A DNA stretch of 64,000 nucleotides from Chrysomallon squamiferum (Eukaryota; Animalia; Mollusca). The notes under the pieces are model-generated. The model did not search any database, was not told where the DNA came from, and worked only from the letters and a program-made list of their open reading frames with translations. The position numbers and the translations under genes were made by a program. The stretch covers positions 1,860,001 to 1,924,000 of the forward strand of contig CM022673.1 in the NCBI GenBank assembly GCA_012295275.1, in the 5' to 3' direction. Position 1 is the first letter of the stretch. Every line of letters begins with the position of its first letter. Positions 60,216 through 64,000 of the stretch are shown piece after piece.

Positions 60216-63200
60216 CGATATATTTTATAAGGAAGAAAGACTTTATTTTATTGTCTTCTGTTGTTTTAATGTCACATTAGGTACAAAGTAGCGTTCATCG
60301 CTTAGATGTGCATTCAACATTTTATTTAAATGACAGCTGTTTACATTTCAGTTTCTGTTGGACTGATGTTTGCTTAATCGTGCAGTTTTGTTTCGTATTA
60401 GAACGATTTCTGCTCTTCGCTTGGCTGTTTATTTCAGGTTTTTAAGTCAGTCTCAAAGACCAGCGCAGAATATTTTAAAGTGTAATGACTTTGCTCGATG
60501 GCCTATCTTTTCGTTTTTGTTTTCTTCAAAGAAAGAGAGTCGTGAAAAATTAAAGAGAGGAAGATTAAAAAGGAACTAAATTAAAAAACTATCAGCTTGT
60601 TTCCATATCAGAAGTATTTTGTAAGATAAAGCGTCCATGTCTTAAACGAATTAATGAACAGTTCACAAGCTATTGTAAACAGAAGAAGACAAGGGAAAAT
60701 ACAAAACGAAAACGTGAAAACCAATTTCAGAACGAAAGAGAAAACAAACCAAATGGGTTTATGAAACAAATTCAGCTTTCTCCACCTGGACTAACCGCTC
60801 ATAAATATTAATGAGATACAAATATTATTAGCACCGTCTGGGAGAATGGAAGAGAAACAGTGGAGGATTGAGTCCAGATGTGATTGAAATCTACGTAGGA
60901 GATGATAATACCATTAACCACTGAAAATAGATTCATTAACAATTATCATTAGTAACTAGAGAAAATTTTGAAAGTTCAAGGTTACATCTGAATGGTTCAA
61001 GATCATTGCCACGGGCTTCTCTTGTCTACTGAAGTGTCACAGTCTTGACAAATATATTGGACACATCTGGGTCTTGTATTGATATTTAATAGCTGTTATG
61101 AACCAACAGAATTGCTACTTATGTTAACTGTATAACCACTTTTGTAAGGCTCAGACGTGCCTATCATTGGTCGCTCTCAGACACTGTCATCAAAGCTTCA
61201 GTAATTTAACTTACAGCATGTTGTATACTTCGTACAGAATTTAGCGTGACAGGTGTGTCTGAGTAACTAAAATAAGCAACAGACGATGGAGCTGTTTTAA
61301 ATATCAAAATTGTTATTTCGAAAACGAACGTAACATTTTGATATTATTAATTTTTTGAACGCTTTGTTCCTCCTACAGATCACGAAAAAGAAGAAGAAGA
61401 AAGAAAGATTAAAACAACAGGAAGAAAAATGACAAGAGATAACGACATGCATATTACAATATCGACGGCATCGACCACGTCTTAATTTGAAATTCTTACG
61501 TCAGAGCAGGCAAATGATGCTGCATCAGAACTTGGTCATGCGGTGGCCTTCAGAAATCAAAGACAGAGAAAATGAGATACCGAGTTGTCACCGAATTCAA
61601 ATTTGTTGATTCGCCCAATATAAACACGTCACGCGTCAAAAATAAAAGAGCGCCTGACAGTCTAACAAATGGCTCGATTGCATCATTACCGGCTTTAAGT
61701 GTGCAATCAGGATTTGAAGAAGGACAGGTGATTCCCAGGAGAGGCTGCTTCTTTTAAGGTCCGATTGAACTGAGTGACAGAGGCTCGACCCTGGTCCTTG
61801 CTATGTAATCAGGGTGTCAGACCCAACTAATTAACTGCCACAGAGACGTAACCGAAACGATCGCGACACAGAACGATTAGTCTGCGAAGAATTAATCCGG
61901 CCAAATGGAAGAGAGGCGCCGCCTTAATTTCGATTGAAAGTGCTGAAGTAACGTTCGTGTTGATGTAAACATTCTTCACAGAAATTCAGATGGAAGCAGT
62001 TGTAGTGTTCGGAATTAGTTAATTAAAGCACCAGTTTTGACTTCTTGTGTTTGTGCGTTTGTTTGTGTGAGCGGATTTGTTTATGTATGTGTGAATAGTC
62101 GTATTTGTGTCGGTATATGTGTACTGAATAGAAAATAAAATCTTACTCTTCGTCTCATTTTGACTCTTTCGCTCGTTATTTCTCTGTCTGTCTGTCTGTC
62201 TGTCTGTCCATCTAACTGTATTACTTTATCATTTCGCTATATTTTCAAAATCGTGTAATAAAACTTCAACTTAATCTTATTAACCACTGTGGGCTTTTTT
62301 AGAACGAGAAAGTTATTCGTAAATTTCAAGAGAGCTGTAAGCACCCAAAACGTTAAGTCTAGACATAAGGTGCAGAGATGAAATTTAATATTTAACGTTC
62401 AGTACCAGCTAATTTAGTGCAGTACTACACAGTCTTTGAACTCTACTATAGAACTCGTGAACTAGTTAAATATTTTGTCTTTGTTGGGTTCTTTCTTTCT
62501 ATTTAATATATTGTTTATCCCGAAATATTTATTTGTCAGTGATATGAACTAGCTCGTGGATTCAGCAAAATAAATGTTAACGACATCGAGCACATACACA
62601 GTAAATTGATAAACTTTTTCAAACGCTCCCTTTGATCTCCAGACTCTCAAAGACCTGAAAAAGAAAAAATGTGAATGATTTTACTGCACTGAGCTGTGTC
62701 AGTGAACGAACAACAAAACACAAAGGAGACAACTACAACCAGCTTTCACGGGATGATGATGCACCTGAGAACAGGTCACTGTAGATTAAACGATTCGCTG
62801 CGTGTGTGAACCTGACATTTTAGAACAGTTTCTTTGACAGTGGAGAATTTTCTGCAGCATTGGCCCACCCTATCAAAGAACGTAAGGAAAGCAGCCTTGC
62901 CTTCAGCAAAAATCTCGAAGAAGAAACGTTTTCAACCCATGGAGAACTTGCATTTGCTCAGACTACTAGGGTCCCTGTCTGAGTGTTCGAAGACGAAGAA
63001 GAAGGAAGTATTATTTCGGTTTTGGCTTCCCTAAGGAATTGATGGTTTTGTTTCAAACTAATTGATCCATCTCAGAATGGGTGATATCAAACAATGAAAC
63101 TCGATCTCTGTAATCTATCTATGCGATGCTTCTGTGTTCACGGCATTATTTCATTGACTTTGATTTGTTATTCTAATAATATTACAAAAAAGAAACCCTA

Positions 63201-63395
63201 TTTTATTATTTGTTCAGAACAAATAAACTGTATTTCATTTTAGAGATTGAAATTTTTTCATCGTATTATTTCTTGTTGAACAAATTGTGTATATAATGAT
63301 GACGACGATGATAAATAAATAAATAAATATAAAAGAAAGAAAAACAATCAAACAAGGAAAGAGATCGAAAGAGAAAGAAATCGAGACACACCCCC

Positions 63396-63428
<33 letters not shown>

Positions 63429-63519
63429 CAACAACAACCTCTGACAGTTTAATATTTGCGTACGGCTGAAAATATTGTCGACGATTTACTCGGATTTAAT
63501 TTCAGCCTGAACAAGAACA

Positions 63520-63720
63520 ATCAGCAGCGCTTCAACAACGCGGATACCTAATCAGCGGAGGAAAACGTGGCGAGAATTTTCTATTGAGAATCAGCGTCCA
63601 CTCATTCACGCGTCTATTGGCTGAGTCGAAGGGCGAGTCAGTGGACACAGCGAACTCAAACAAAACGTCGTTGTTCGTTACACTGCCTTACTGAGGACGA
63701 ATGATCATTTACGACTGCGA
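63520..63720. promoter_or_regulatory. CpG-richer promoter/enhancer-like island
   Basis: CCAAT-box 13-mer CGTCTATTGGCTG (63611-63623) is identical to the one upstream of the receptor exon. Inr-like TCAGT at 63638. Confidence 0.35.
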
Positions 63721-64000
63721 GAAAAAATAAAAGAGATTCTAAATTGTGAAGACAGGACGAGTACAAACTTTTGAAACGAGTGTTGACCTTTCTGAACGTG
63801 GTTCTTGAAGAATGAAATGTTTGCATCATCCAAAGTTTTCCGTCAAAGACGGCTGAGATTTTATTCTGAAGGAAGCTCACGAAAACAGTTAACATCAGCG
63901 GTTATTTTATGAGTTTATTTTCACAGAAAATAGTAGCACTGATCTTTATAAATGCAGAGCTAGTGTAATCTCTCTACTCATTTCGAAATTCAGTTAAATA

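Overview
AT-rich, microsatellite-dense eukaryotic genomic DNA from an invertebrate animal. A protostome, possibly a mollusc, is plausible, but the sequence alone does not prove this. It is not prokaryotic. Only one coding feature is well supported: the first coding exon of a GABA-B receptor subunit 2-like class C GPCR on the minus strand (ATG at 25664, GTAAGT donor after 25428). No second exon is recognisable in 1-25427, so that stretch is probably a first intron of more than 25 kb. The region 26.5-64 kb looks like gene-free upstream or intergenic DNA. Almost all ORFs in the supplied track are translations of simple repeats. Notable non-coding structure includes a chain of stop/start-overlapping uORFs leading into the receptor ATG, a ~150 bp dispersed element in two inverted copies on either side of exon 1, a 16-bp-stem hairpin in the intron, a 19-unit 33/29-bp minisatellite with polarised variants, short perfect tandem duplications and many complementary (AG)n/(CT)n tracts. 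I found no evidence for a new multi-gene system. The best leads are regulatory or RNA-level and remain hypotheses.
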